64,000 bases of DNA from Vulcanimicrobiota bacterium (GTDB lineage: Bacteria > Vulcanimicrobiota > Vulcanimicrobiia > Vulcanimicrobiales > Vulcanimicrobiaceae). The stretch spans positions 1 through 64,000 of the forward strand of contig CAWHWQ010000004.1 in the NCBI GenBank assembly GCA_963833095.1, read 5' to 3'. Below the pieces are notes generated by a model, which saw only the letters and a program-made list of their open reading frames with translations, did no database searches and was not told where the DNA came from. How positions within the stretch are numbered: position 1 is the first letter of the stretch; each line of letters opens with the position of its first letter. Both the position numbers and the translations under genes were made by a program. Below are positions 11,108 to 22,931 of this stretch, piece by piece.

Positions 11108-14100
11108 ATGGCAATTGTCACCGTGACTTCGGCAACGGAAGCTGCTTTGCAGCAGGCGATCACTCAAGCGGGAAATGGTGGTACGGTTGAGTTCGCCTCG
11201 GACGTTATTGCCATTGATTTTACTACACCCCTCGTCATTTCATCCAACGTCACCATTGATGGTGATGGAGTTGGGATAGTAGATTTCAACGGTGCGGTCG
11301 TCGTGGCGAGCGGGGCGACGGTCGCATCTTACGGCAGTCGATATAACTCTGAGAGCAGCGGGACGGATGGGGTCAGCGCCTTTCCCGGGGAAGCTGGCGA
11401 TAATGGAGTTCCATCTGGCGTACCCAACACGCAAGGAGGGCCGGGCGGTAACGGCACCTCAGGCTCGAGCGGCACGAACGCAACTGCCGGCGGGACCGAC
11501 ACTTGAGAATGACGGCGTACTAATAATAAACCGATCGATCATTGCCGGCACGGCAGTTGGCGGTGCTGGCGGTGACGGTGCTGATGGCGGGGACGGTGGG
11601 AACGCAGGCATCGGCGGAGACGGCGTAAGCAACGGCCAAGCGGGCACCGCCGGTGGCACGGGCGGAGACGGCGCTGCAGGAATGAACGGAGGAGATGGTG
11701 GTGATGCAGTCGGAGCGATCATCAACCTTGGTACGCTTACGCTGCAAGACACACTAGTCATCGGGACTGCAACCGGCGGCGACGGAGGCAGCGGTGGCGA
11801 TGGCGGAGACGGCGGAAAGGGCGGCAACGGCGGCTCGGGTAACAACGCCGACGGCGGTCACGGCGGAAATGGCGGCAGTGGTTCTGACGGCGGGGCGGGT
11901 GGCAAGGGAGGTTCGGCCGTTGGCGCGTTGGAGAACTCCGGTACCGTCAATCTTGTCGGTGCCGTCGTGTTTGACGGCGAGGCGACGGCCGGCTCAGGTG
12001 GTGCAGCGGTCAGGCTGGTAGCGGCGGATTGATCGGAGTTGGCGGCTCCGGCAACACACAAGGTCCGTCTGGCCAGGAGGGAAACTCCGGGGCTGATGGT
12101 ACAGGCGGTAAATTTGGTACCGCGACGGCAGACTATTTGGATAAGGGTACAACCAATGGCACCGCCGCGGCCAGCTCGCAGTTTTTTAGCTTTTCCGACA
12201 CAAATCCTTCCGCCGTCGCCTTGAGCAGCAGCACCGTTTCGGTTGATTACATCGTACAGTTATTTAGCACAGAATCCGCTCCTCCCACCGGTTCGGTGCA
12301 ATGGAAAGTCGTGACCAATTCTAACGGACCAAGTCTAAGTGATTTCGTAGGCGCGACTTCCGGCACAATCAATTTTTCAAATGGGTCGAACGCAATGTTC
12401 TATCGAAAACCCAGGCTCCATCGCTGAAAATTCAATATTTTTGGAAATTAAGGCGCGATGCTTCTGAGCCGGCTAGTGGAAGCTTCAGCGTCGAGCTGTT
12501 GAATCCGGCCGGCGGTCTGCTCGGGGCTGGCAGCCAGATGACGCAGAACGTTTTAAACGCACTCGCTCCGGTCAGTGGCGGCGAGGTTCTCACCGTCTCG
12601 GCGGGCCAGACCAGCAGCGGGCTTATGATCGAGAACGGCGGCACGGTGAACGTGTTGTCGGGCGGTAGATCGAATTTTCGACGGTCGTTGCCGGCGGCCA
12701 GCTGAATGTGTCGTCAGGCGGTAAGGCTCATGATCTGGCCGTTTCGAGCGGCGGTGTTCTGAACGTGCAGGGCACGGTGATCAGCAACAGCTTAATTTAT
12801 AGCGGTGCCGTCGAGAATATATTGTCGGGCGGATTTATCTCGGGGCAACTCTTACTCAGGCTCAGGCAATTACGGGACGGGCATATACGGCGGCACGGTC
12901 AATGTTCTGGCAGCGGGCTCGGCGTCCTTTATTGGCGTGTATAGTGGGGGCGCCCTCAATGTTCAGGGCGTTATCACCGAGGAGCTCGGCGTTTATGCCG
13001 GCGGCGTTGCCAACCGTTTCCTCCGGCGGTGAGATTTCTGGCGGATTCAATTCCGGCACCGGCGTTTCTTCGGCGGAACGGTGAACGTCCTTTCTGGTGG
13101 CACATTTAGTTTCTTCGATGATGACGCTGGCGGCATCACGAATTTGTCCGCCGGCGGGACGGCTTATAATCTTAGCATTTCGAGCGGTGGCACGCTCAAT
13201 GTTGCGGGCACCGTCACCAGCAATGCTACCGTTTTTCGCGGCGGCATCGAGAATGTTTCGTCCGGCGGTGTGGTTACTGGCGGAACAGACGGCACTGGCA
13301 CCTACGTTTCAGGCGGAACCGTCAACGTCTCGTCAGGATGGGACGGCGGATTTACTAATTGTCTTAAGTGGCGGCTCAGTGAATATTCTGTCCGGGGGCG
13401 TGGCACATGACATCCTGGTTTCGTCAGGCGGCGCGCTGAACGTTGCCGGTACCATTACCAGCGACGTCACGATACTTGCGGGCGGCGTCGAAACTGTATC
13501 GTCCGGCGGTTTGGTTTCGGGAGCGCCACCTGATGCCGGCACGGGGGTTTTCGGCGGCACGGTGAACGTGCTGTCGGGCGGCACTTTCGAGTTTTCGACG
13601 ATCTTTAGTGGCAGCAAGCTGAACATATCCGGTGGTAGCGTCAACAATGTCTTCGTTTCCAACGGCGCCACGGCAAACGTGTTGTCGGGCGGAGAGATCG
13701 ACGCTTCGGAGGTCTTTAGCGGCGGCAAGCTGAATGTATCGGCCGGTGGCAGCGCCTTCAATATTTTCGTTTCCAGCGGCGCCGCATTAAATGTGGCTGG
13801 CACCATCACGAGCGAAGTCACGGTATTTGCCGGCGGCGTCGAGACCGTGTCGTCGGGCGGCGTGGTCACCGGTTCGATCGGTGCTGGCACTGGGATTTCC
13901 GGCGGCACGGTGAACGTGCTGTCCGGCGGTGCGTTCGAGTTTGCGACGGTCTATAGCGGCGGCAAGCTGAATGTGTCCAAAGGGGGAACGGTCGACCATA
14001 TCAGCGTTTCCAGCGGCGGCGCGTTGAACGTGGCTGGCACTGTCACCAGCGATGTCGCGGTATTTGCCGGCGGCGTCGAGACCGTGTCGTCGGGCGGCTT

Positions 14101-17100
14101 GGTCTCCGGCTCGAGCGGCGCCGGCACTGGGATTTCCGGCGGCACCATGAATGTGCTTTCGGGCGGGACCGCCGAATATCTTACGGTATTCAGCGGCGGC
14201 GCCATCAATGTCTCTGCTGGAGGGCTAGTCGAGTTTTTCGGGATCTCAGCGAGCGGCAAGGTCAACGTCTCGTCAGGTGGGACGGTGGATTTTCAGACTA
14301 TCTCAAGCGGCGGGGCGCTGACCGTCCTGCACGGCGGCACCGATAAAGATTTCGAGGTAGCAAGCGGCGGAACACTGGTTGTTTTCGGTCTCGCCAATAC
14401 CGTTTCCGGCCTTTCCCAAGTGGACAGTGGCGGCACGAGATTATTTCGTCGGGCGGCACAGGGACCGGTGGCGGCGTCTGATAAGCGGAATTTTACCCGG
14501 CACCGCGGTCGACGGAACGGTGGACGTTCTGTCCGGCGGCTCATTCAGCTTTTCCATCGATATCGGCGGCGGTCTACGAATTTGTCTGCCGGCGCTATCG
14601 GACACGATCTGGTCGTCGACAGCGGCGGCATTCTGAATGTGGCGGGCACCGTCACCAGCAATCTTCTATGGGCCAATACGGACGGCGTTGTGAATATCTT
14701 AGTCCGGCGGCGTGGTCAACGGCACCAGCGCTGCAGAGACCTCGATTGCCGGCGGTACGGTGAACGTGCTTTCCGGCGGCAAACTGGGCTTTGCGGCGGT
14801 GTCATCCGGCGGCAGCCTCAACGAATCCTCGGCGGCACGGCGCATGACGTCATGGTGTCGTCGGGCGGCGCGTTGAACGTGGCCGGCACTATCACCAGCA
14901 ATGTCACGGTTTTGAGCGGCGGCATCGAGACGGTGTCGTCGGGCGGTGTGACCACCGGCACAAGCCTTGTCGGCACCGGGATCGCGGGCGGCACGGTGAA
15001 CGTGCTGTCAGGCGGTACGTTCGGGTTTGGCTTTGTCCTCGACGGCGGCAATCTCAATGTGTCGGCCGGCGGTACTGCACAGCAATTACGCTATTGAGTG
15101 ATGGTAATGCCGATGTGTCGTCGGGCGGCACGGCGCAGCGAGTTCACGGCTTCGAGTGGCGGCACGTCAATGTGTCATCGGGCGGGATTGCGCACGACTT
15201 CACAATATCAAGTGGCGGTAGTGCCAGCATATTGGGCACCGTCACCAGCGATGTGTTGATTGCGAAAGGCGGCGTCGAGACGGTTTCGTCGGGCGGCGTG
15301 GTCAGCGGTCAGGTTAATACCGGCACCACCATTTCCGGTACGGTAGACGTTTGTCGAGTGGGGCGTTCGAGTTTTCGACGGTCTTTAGCGGCGGCAAGCT
15401 GAATGTGTCGTCGGGCGGGACGGCTTATAACATTGGGGTGTCTTCCGGCGGCGCGTTGAATGTAGCAGGCACGATCGCCAGCAATGCCACGGTATTTGCC
15501 GGCGGCGTCGAGACGGTATCGTCGGGCGGCTTGGTCAGCGGTGTGCTTGGTTCCGGAACCTCGATTTCCGGAACGGTCAACGTGTTATCGGGCGGCACCT
15601 TCGAGTTCGGGCGGCTTTTCAATGGTGGCAAGCTAAATGTTTCGGCCGGTGCAACCGCCGACAATATTTTGGTTTCGAGCGGCGGCACGTTGGGCATAGC
15701 CGGCACTGTCACCAGCGATGTCACGGTCTTCACGGGCGGCACCGAGATCGTCTCTGTCCGGCGGCGTCGCTTCCAGCGCGATCATCAGCAGCGGCGGCAC
15801 CGAGACCGTCTCGTCCGGGCGGCACCACCGTCGGGACTACGATCTCGGGCGGCGGCGTTGAGATCGTGTCGGCAAGCGGCACCGCCAGCAACACCACGGT
15901 CTCGAGCGGCGGTACGCTGGATGTTCTGTCCGGCGGCCTTGCCGATCCGGCGACGATCTACAGCGGCGGCAGCGAGATCGTCAGCGCCCACGGCACCGAT
16001 GACGGCGCGCAGATCTCGGGCGGGCGGCAGCTCGATTACGGCTTGCGAGCGGAGCGACGGTCTTCACCGGCTCCCAGGTGGTCGAAGCCGGCGGCACGGC
16101 GAGCGCCACGACGGTGTCGAGCGGCGGCAGCGTGACCGTGTTGAGCGGCGGAACGGCGGTCGGATTCACGATCGTCTCTGGCGGTACCGTGACGGTTTCG
16201 TCGGGCGGCACGTTCGAGTTCACCGACGGCGCGACAGGCACGCCGATTGCGCTCGCCGGCGCCACGCTTGGAAGTGGGCTCCGGTTACGTCTTCAGCGGC
16301 AGTGCAGGCACTGGCGTCAAGGTTGAAGTGCTGTCCGGCGGCACCGACAGCGGTGCCACGGTAAACCTCGGCGGCAGCGAGATCGTGTCGGCAGGTGGCA
16401 CGGCGAGCGCGACCGTGCTCAAAGGCACCGAGATCGTCTCGTCCGGCGGCACCACCGTCGGGACCACGATATCGGGCGGCGGCGTTGAGATCGTGTCTGC
16501 AAGCGGCACCGCCAGCAACACCACGGTCTCGAGCGGGGGTACGCTGGATGTTCTGTCCGGCGGCCTTGCCGATCCGGCGACGATCCACAGCGGCGGCAGC
16601 GAGATCGTCAGCGCCCACGGCACCGATGACGGCGCGCAGATCTTGGGCGGGCGGCAGCTCGATTATGGCTTGGCGAGCGGAGCGACGGTCTCCACCGGCT
16701 CCCAGGTTGTCGAAGCCGGCGGCACGGCGAGCGCCACCACGGTGTCGAGCGGTGGCAGCGTGACCGTGTTGAGCGGCGGAACGGCGGTCGGATTCACGAT
16801 CGTCTCCGGCGGTACCGTGACCGTTTCGTCAGGCGGCACGTTCGAGTTCACCGACGGCGCGACAGGCACGCCGATTGCGCTCGCCGGTGCCACCTTGGAA
16901 GTGGGCTCCGGTTATGTCTTCAGCGGCAGTGCAGGCACTGGCGTCAAGGTTGAAGTCCTGTCCGGCGGCACCGACAGCGGTGCCACGGTAAACCTCGGCG
17001 GCAGCGAGATCGTGTCGGCAGGTGGCACGGCAAGCGCGACCGTGCTCAAAGGCACCGAGATCGTCTCGTCCGGCGGCACCACCGTCGGGACCACGATATC

Positions 17101-17730
17101 GGGCGGCGGCGTTGAGATCGTGTCAGCAAGCGGCACCGATGACGGGGCGCAGATCTCGGGCGGGCGGCAGCTTGATTATGGCTTGGCGAGCGGAGCGACG
17201 GTCTTCACCGGCTCCCAGGTTATCGAAGCGGCGGCACAGCGAGCGACACCACGGTGTCGAGCGGCGGTAGCGTGACCGTGTTGAGCGGCGGCACCGCGGT
17301 CGGCCTGACGATCCTCACCGGCGGCACCGTGATCGCCTCCAGCGGTGGAAGCGCCACCATCAACGGCGCCACGAGCGGGCTCATCGAGGCTTCGGGTAAA
17401 GGCGCGCAAGTTCAACTCAATAACGCAGTTGTTTCTGGCGGCACGCTGAGTGCCGGTGCCGGCGCAGTGATCGCGACGGGCAGCGGCACAAACGATGCGA
17501 TCGATGCCGCGACGATTGCGAGCGGCTCACTCGTTGAGGTCACCAGCGGTAGCACACTGACGCTTAGCGGCGGAACGGTCCGTCTCGGTGCGCTCGTCGA
17601 GACCTTGAGCGGTGGCACCGCGATCGTTAGCGGTACCATCAGCAATTCCGGCACTTTGTTCGCCAGCGGCTCCGGCAGCCTGCTGGAGATTGCGAACGGT
17701 GCCGTAGTCAACGGCGGCGTCGCCGAGGTT
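11108..17730 (+). pseudogene. Giant adhesin/autotransporter-passenger-like protein (Gly-rich region, possible Calx-beta-like domain, AIDA-type 19-aa repeats); many frameshifts, 3' end missing
   Basis: Successive ORFs share GGDGG repeats, then VSSGG/VLSGG repeats with about 57-nt periodicity; the frame changes repeatedly. Confidence 0.8.
15803..17300 (+). repeat. Near-perfect 627-bp tandem repeat (two copies plus a partial third)
   Basis: CTCAAAGGCACCGAGATCGTCTC recurs 627 nt apart (AAAGG at 16421 and 17048); 627 nt = 11 x 57 nt. Confidence 0.8.
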
Positions 17731-18450
17731 GAAAGGCGTCATTCTCGCCGGCGGGCTCGCTCGAGGCTTCGGCCCCTTACCAAGGTCACGAACAAGCATC
17801 TGCTGCCGATCTACGACAAGCCGATGATCTACTATCCGATCGAGACGCTGGTCAAGGCCGGGATCAAAGACATCATGATCGTCACCGGCGGCAACTCCGC
17901 CGGCGATTTTCTGCGCTTGCTCGGAAACGGCAGCGAGTTCGGCCTGAAAGACATCTACTATACGTACCAAGAGGGCGAGGGCGGCATCGCCGACGCGCTC
18001 AAGCTGTGCGAACACTTTGCCGAAGGCCAGCGCATCGCCGTGATTCTCGGCGACAACATCATCCAGGACGACATCTCGCCGTTCGTGCGCAAGTTCGAGG
18101 CGCAGGATCCGGCGCGCGCATCCTGCTGAAAGAAGTCGACGATCCCGAGCGCTTCGGCGTGCCCGAACTCGACGGCGACCGCATCGTCCGCATCGAAGAG
18201 AAGCCGGACAGATCCGAAGAGCGACTACGCCGTGACCGGCATCTACATGTACGACCGGCGCGTGTTCGATTTTTGCAGAACGCTCAAGCCGTCGAAGCGC
18301 GGCGAACTCGAAATCACCGACGTCAACAACGCCGTACATCAAAGAAGGCGATCTTTCTACGACATTCTCGACGGCTGGTGGACGGACGCCGGCCAATTCG
18401 AGTCACTCTATCGCGCTGCGGCAATTGGTGGCCGAACAACGCGACGTAGC
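17729..18450 (+). CDS. rmlA: Glucose-1-phosphate thymidylyltransferase (short RmlA/SpsI type), with apparent indel errors
   Basis: KGVILAGG from 17729, then RLRPLT...KHLLPIYDKPMIYYP, ILGDN, EEKP, RGELEITD and WWTDAG across shifted frames. Confidence 0.85.
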
Positions 18451-19278
18451 GACGCTGCGTGGAGCCCTGGCCTGGAACGATAGAGGCGCTTCTCGGCAGG
18501 AACGTAGTACTCGTCGAGGCTCGTAACCACCCGTGTGTACCATCCCAGGATCTGCTGCGTGCGTGGCGGCAACGCCTCGACGACGTCGTCGCCGAGGGCG
18601 CGCACGTAGTCGATTTGCTGCTTGAAGTACGCGAGCGTGAACTGGTGATTGATGGCGACGCGGGTCGCGGCCCGAGGTATTCCGGCCCGCAGCATGATAG
18701 AGCATCGCATCGAAGACGAGCGCCGAACCTGCGGGCAAATCCCCGGGACCGCGGTCGCCGCGAGAAATTCGTCCGACGGCCGGCCGCCGTAGAGATGTGA
18801 CCCCGGGGCGACAAGCGTCGCGCCGGTTTCCTCGGTGAACTCGTCGATTGCGAAGAGCACGCTGATCGACGCCCGGTAACCGTTCATGAAGCGCGGAAAG
18901 TCGCGGTGAAACGTCTTTTGGAAGACGCCGCGTTCGTCCGGCGACGCCGACGGTAAAATCAGTCCATTTTGCGTGTGCAGGATCGACGTGGGTGCGAGCA
19001 CGTCGTCGAGAATGCCATGCAACGCGGGGGAGGCCGAGGAACTCTGCAAAGAATGGCTCGTACTTTAGCGGGAGGCGCACGACGCCGAGTTCGCCGCTTC
19101 GTGCGACGCGTTCGGGACCGATTTCGCGATCAATTTTATCCTTGGCCGCGTACATTCGCTCGCGTGCCTGCGCGCAGAACTCGGGCGACAGCAAGTCGGT
19201 AACCACCGCGTAGCCCTGCAGCCGCACGGCCTCGCTCGTCTTGGCCAACCAATCACGGTCGCGCGTCGAGACGTTCAT
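18408..19278 (-). CDS. PhyH-family Fe(II)/2-oxoglutarate dioxygenase, frameshifted
   Basis: GYAVVTDLLS, FHRDF, FTEETGAT.V.PGSH and, in another frame, AGSALVFDAMLYHAAG.N.S. Confidence 0.8.
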
Positions 19279-20183
19279 TTCACCAGTCTCGCCAGGCCAA
19301 TGCCCGATTCACCGTAGCCGTTGCCGTTGTACAACATATACCGCTCACCGGCGTGGTCGAAGACGAAGGCATAGCATACCATTTCAGAATCCCATCCCGA
19401 TGGCGACGATTCGATCCCAGCAAGGTGATCCATGCGCTTCCAGCGCAGGCCGTCGTCCGATTCCGCGTATCCGATTCGGTAGCGATCGCCTCGATACGAG
19501 TACCACATCATGAACCGTCCCCCGTCTTCACGCACGCACGGGCGGGCGACGACGTATTCGTCCTTGTTCGCAAAATCTACGCAGACCGTTCCGTCGCGCC
19601 GCCAAACGATGCCGTCGGAAGATTCGGCATATTTGATGTGATAGTAGTGCCGCGGCGTTCCGTCCACGAGATCCCACCGCACACCCGAGGTGTACCACAT
19701 ACGGAATCGCTCGCTGTCGCGCAATACGCATGGCGAACCGGTGAGATAAGGATCGACTTCGTTCATACCCAGAAGCGGCGCCGCCGAGAGCTTACGCGCG
19801 GTCTGCCCTCCGTCGTCGCTCACCGCGACCGAGGCAAAGAAGCGAAAAGGCACACTTTTTCCAAGCGTGATGCCCGAGTAGTAGTGAAGCTGGCGATCGC
19901 CGTCATCGAGGTAGCAAGCGTTAAGCACGCCGCAGTCGTCATAGGCGCCAAGCGGTCCGATCGCAAGGAACGGCTGCTCCGAGAAATCCAAAACCTCGCT
20001 TGGGCGCTTGAGGTCCATCTCGAAAAATCCCACCTGAGATCGTTGCTGAGCGTCACGTCCGCAACAGTAGATTCTGAAGCGATCACCTCCGACCGGCATT
20101 GCAACAGGATTCGCCGCATGCGTTCGCATCCACGGCGCGCGACCGACAGGATCGAAAATCCGGCCGAGTTTCTCCCACTTCAC
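19275..20183 (-). CDS. Beta-propeller glycoside-hydrolase-like protein
   Basis: MKWEKLGRIF start; repeated PCV...F.MWY...I.YAES.DG..W.R blades. Confidence 0.75.
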   Translation of the reverse strand: MKWEKLGRIFDPVGRAPWMRTHAANPVAMPVGGDRFRIYCCGRDAQQRSQVGFFEMDLKRPSEVLDFSEQPFLAIGPLGAYDDCGVLNACYLDDGDRQLHYYSGITLGKSVPFRFFASVAVSDDGGQTARKLSAAPLLGMNEVDPYLTGSPCVLRDSERFRMWYTSGVRWDLVDGTPRHYYHIKYAESSDGIVWRRDGTVCVDFANKDEYVVARPCVREDGGRFMMWYSYRGDRYRIGYAESDDGLRWKRMDHLAGIESSPSGWDSEMVCYAFVFDHAGERYMLYNGNGYGESGIGLARLVK

Positions 20184-21055
20184 AATGTTTCGCCGGGAAA
20201 CGCGCGCTCGAAGCGCGAGCGAAGCGAATCTCCCTTACCTGGTATCGGCAGGTCCAGATCGACGCTCGGCGGCCCCGAGCCGACGTCGAACGCGATAAGG
20301 TAAAACACGCCGCCGAGTGTCCACGTCATCTGCACGTTGCGCGCCGTCTCCGGCAGGGCTTCCAGCGGCGGCACGTGTTTGTATAATTTGTTCGCGTTCA
20401 TCAGGACGCGGCCAAACGTCGTCTCACGCAGCCACGGAGGCACGCTCTCGTCGCCAAAGACAACGCGGCCCCCGATTTTTGCGACCCGGGCCATCTCCGC
20501 AATCGCGCGTTCCTTTTCCGAGAACTCGTTGATTCCGCCGAAATGAAAGACCGCGTCAAAAGTTCCGGCTGCAAAGGGAAGATATGCCCCATTGCATTGG
20601 ATGAACGACATTTGAGCCGAGTTCTCTTTTAGCCGCTCGCGGGCGACCTGGAGCATCCCCCGCGACAAGTCGGTCGCGACGAGCCAACCGGTGGAGCCGA
20701 TACGCCGCAGAATCTGCACCGAGTCCGAACCGGAGCCGGTGCTGATTTCGAGGACGCGTGCGCCCGGTTGGAGCCCCAGCAGGTCGGCCATTGACGAACG
20801 AACCTGCTCCTCGTCCTCATAAAAGCTTCCGAAAAGCCAGCGCATACCGGTGTCATACACTCGCGCGCCGCTATCGTATTTCCCGCGAAATTCGGCGTCC
20901 GAGGGGAGCAAGGTCCGGGGATGGACAAGGTCAAGAATGCCGTCGACGACGTGGAATTCGTGGTCGCGATCGCACCGAAGGATGTCCTCCCCGCGCGGTA
21001 CCATCGCTTCGCCGCACTCTGGGCAGCGCAAAACGGCGAACAATTCCTGCCTCAT
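20180..21055 (-). CDS. Class I SAM methyltransferase with N-terminal Trm112-like zinc ribbon
   Basis: LRCPECG...C...H, VLEISTGSG, DLSRGML, LPFAAGTFDAV. Confidence 0.85.
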   Translation of the reverse strand: MRQELFAVLRCPECGEAMVPRGEDILRCDRDHEFHVVDGILDLVHPRTLLPSDAEFRGKYDSGARVYDTGMRWLFGSFYEDEEQVRSSMADLLGLQPGARVLEISTGSGSDSVQILRRIGSTGWLVATDLSRGMLQVARERLKENSAQMSFIQCNGAYLPFAAGTFDAVFHFGGINEFSEKERAIAEMARVAKIGGRVVFGDESVPPWLRETTFGRVLMNANKLYKHVPPLEALPETARNVQMTWTLGGVFYLIAFDVGSGPPSVDLDLPIPGKGDSLRSRFERAFPGETL

Positions 21056-21080
21056 CCTTCCTCCGTGGATTCAAGAGCCG

Positions 21081-21108
21081 TAAACCGCTTCTCTTCGAAA
21101 GACGATAC
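21081..21108 (+). promoter_or_regulatory. sigma28-like promoter for the wecE operon
   Basis: TAAA-N16-GACGATAC, 10 nt before ATG 21119. Confidence 0.55.
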
Positions 21109-21118
21109 TACTTCTAGA

Positions 21119-22270
21119 ATGCCTGACGAACACCATATACCGTTTAGCCGTCCTGTGCTCAGCGGCAACGAATTGGAGTATATGCGTGATGCAGTCGCCT
21201 CGATGCACATATCAGGGGATGGCGCATACACGCGAAAATCCGAAGCGCTCCTCAACGACGCGCTCGGCGCGCGGCGTGTATTGCTTACGACCAACTGCAC
21301 CCACGCCCTCGAGATGGCCGCCCTGTTGCTCGATTTCCAGCCCGGCGATGAAGTCTTGCTGCCGGCCTTTACATTCGTTTCGACCGTCAATGCTTTTGCG
21401 CTGCGTGGAGCCGTCCCCGTGTTCGTCGATATTCGGCCGGATACGCTCAATATCGACGAGAGTCTCATTGAAGAGGCCATTACGCCGAAGACCAAGGCGA
21501 TCGTCGTCGTACACTACGCCGGAGTCGCCTGCGAGATGGATGCTATCGGCGCTATTGCGCAACGTCATGGGCTGATGCTGGTCGAAGACAATGCGCATGG
21601 CCTATTTGCAACGTATCGGGGCAAGCAGCTAGGTACGTTCGGAGAGCTAGCGACGCAGAGCTTCCATGAAACGAAGAACTTTACATGCGGGGAAGGCGGC
21701 GCACTCGTGGTCAACGATGAACGCTTTATAGAGCGTGCCGAGATCATTCGCGAGAAAGGAACAAATCGTTCCCGATTCTTTCGAGGACAGGTCGACAAGT
21801 ATACATGGGTCGATCTCGGTTCGAGTTACGTGTTGAGCGACATGCTCGCCGCATTCTTGCTCGCACAACTCGAACAGCGCGAGGAGATCCAAAGGACTCG
21901 TAAACGCATTTGGACGACCTATTTTGAAGGCTTGGGCAAATGGGCAGAAGCCCAAGGCGTCGTGCTTCCGTTCGTTCCCTCCGATCGCGAGCAGTCGTAT
22001 CACATGTTTTGGATGCTCCTACCGACGTTGGCCGAACGCACCCGCTTCTTGGACGAACTGCGTAGCCGAGGCGTCAATGCGGTTTTCCATTACACTCCGC
22101 TCCATCGGTCAGAGGAGGCGTTACGCCTAGGGGCTCGGGGCGAGTGCCCGTTGACCGAAAACGTCAGCGATCGCCTGGTTCGGCTCCCGTTCTACAACGA
22201 TTTGAGCTCGGTTGATCAGCAACAGGTTATCGACTGCGTACGCAACTTCGCGACGACGGTCCACGCATGA
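21119..22270 (+). CDS. wecE: dTDP-4-amino-4,6-dideoxygalactose transaminase (DegT/DnrJ family)
   Basis: SGDG.YT, CTHALEMAALL, SFHETKN (PLP lysine), EKGTNRS.FFRGQVDKYTW. Confidence 0.9.
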   Translation: MPDEHHIPFSRPVLSGNELEYMRDAVASMHISGDGAYTRKSEALLNDALGARRVLLTTNCTHALEMAALLLDFQPGDEVLLPAFTFVSTVNAFALRGAVPVFVDIRPDTLNIDESLIEEAITPKTKAIVVVHYAGVACEMDAIGAIAQRHGLMLVEDNAHGLFATYRGKQLGTFGELATQSFHETKNFTCGEGGALVVNDERFIERAEIIREKGTNRSRFFRGQVDKYTWVDLGSSYVLSDMLAAFLLAQLEQREEIQRTRKRIWTTYFEGLGKWAEAQGVVLPFVPSDREQSYHMFWMLLPTLAERTRFLDELRSRGVNAVFHYTPLHRSEEALRLGARGECPLTENVSDRLVRLPFYNDLSSVDQQQVIDCVRNFATTVHA

Positions 22271-22929
22271 AAAAGGCGATCATCTTCGGAACGACCGACT
22301 TCGCGCAAGTCGCGCGCGTTTACCTACGGGACGACAGCGAGTATGACGTCGTGGCGTTCACCGTAAACGAGCAATACGTGACCGACCCGATGCTTCTTGG
22401 CCTACCGGTGGTGCCGTTTGAACGGATCGCCCAGTCCCATCCGCCCAGCGATCACGTCGCTTTTGTCGGCGTAGGATTTAGTAAGGTCAATGCGGCGCGG
22501 CGCAGTGTCTACGAGTCGCTCAAGTCCCTGGGTTACGAAACGCCTACCTACATTCACTCCACGGTTCACCGTTGGCCGGAAACCAGCTATGGCGAAGCCT
22601 GCTTCATCTTTGAAGAAAACGTGATTCAGCCGTACGTCTCGATCGGCAACAACTGCGTATTGTGGAGCGGCAACCACATCGGTCACCACTCCACGATCGG
22701 CAACAACGTCTTCATCGCAAGTCATATCGTTGTGTCCGGCAAGTGCACGATCGGCGACAATTGCTTCCTTGGCGTCAATGCTACGCTCCGCGACGGCATC
22801 ACCGTCGCTCCCGACTGTGTCGTCGGTGCGGGAGCGCTCCTGCTCAAGGACACCGCTCCTTCTGCCGTCTATAAGGCGGCCGCTACCGAGCCCTTGGAGC
22901 GGCGCAGCGACGAACTTCGAAACTTCTAA
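22267..22929 (+). CDS. NeuD/PglD-like hexapeptide-repeat sugar acyltransferase
   Basis: Rossmann-like N-terminus plus IG.N hexapeptide repeats and WSGNHIGHH. Confidence 0.85.
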   Translation: MKKAIIFGTTDFAQVARVYLRDDSEYDVVAFTVNEQYVTDPMLLGLPVVPFERIAQSHPPSDHVAFVGVGFSKVNAARRSVYESLKSLGYETPTYIHSTVHRWPETSYGEACFIFEENVIQPYVSIGNNCVLWSGNHIGHHSTIGNNVFIASHIVVSGKCTIGDNCFLGVNATLRDGITVAPDCVVGAGALLLKDTAPSAVYKAAATEPLERRSDELRNF

Positions 22930-22931
22930 CG

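Noticed and set aside
12600..17300. Regularly spaced repeats resembling a CRISPR array
   Set aside because: They are degenerate, codon-phased protein repeats with no constant repeat plus unique spacers, and there are no cas genes.
17254..18129. Apparent adhesin-RmlA fusion ORF
   Set aside because: The frame only joins because of an indel after the GVILAGG motif at a probable chimeric junction; not a credible fusion.
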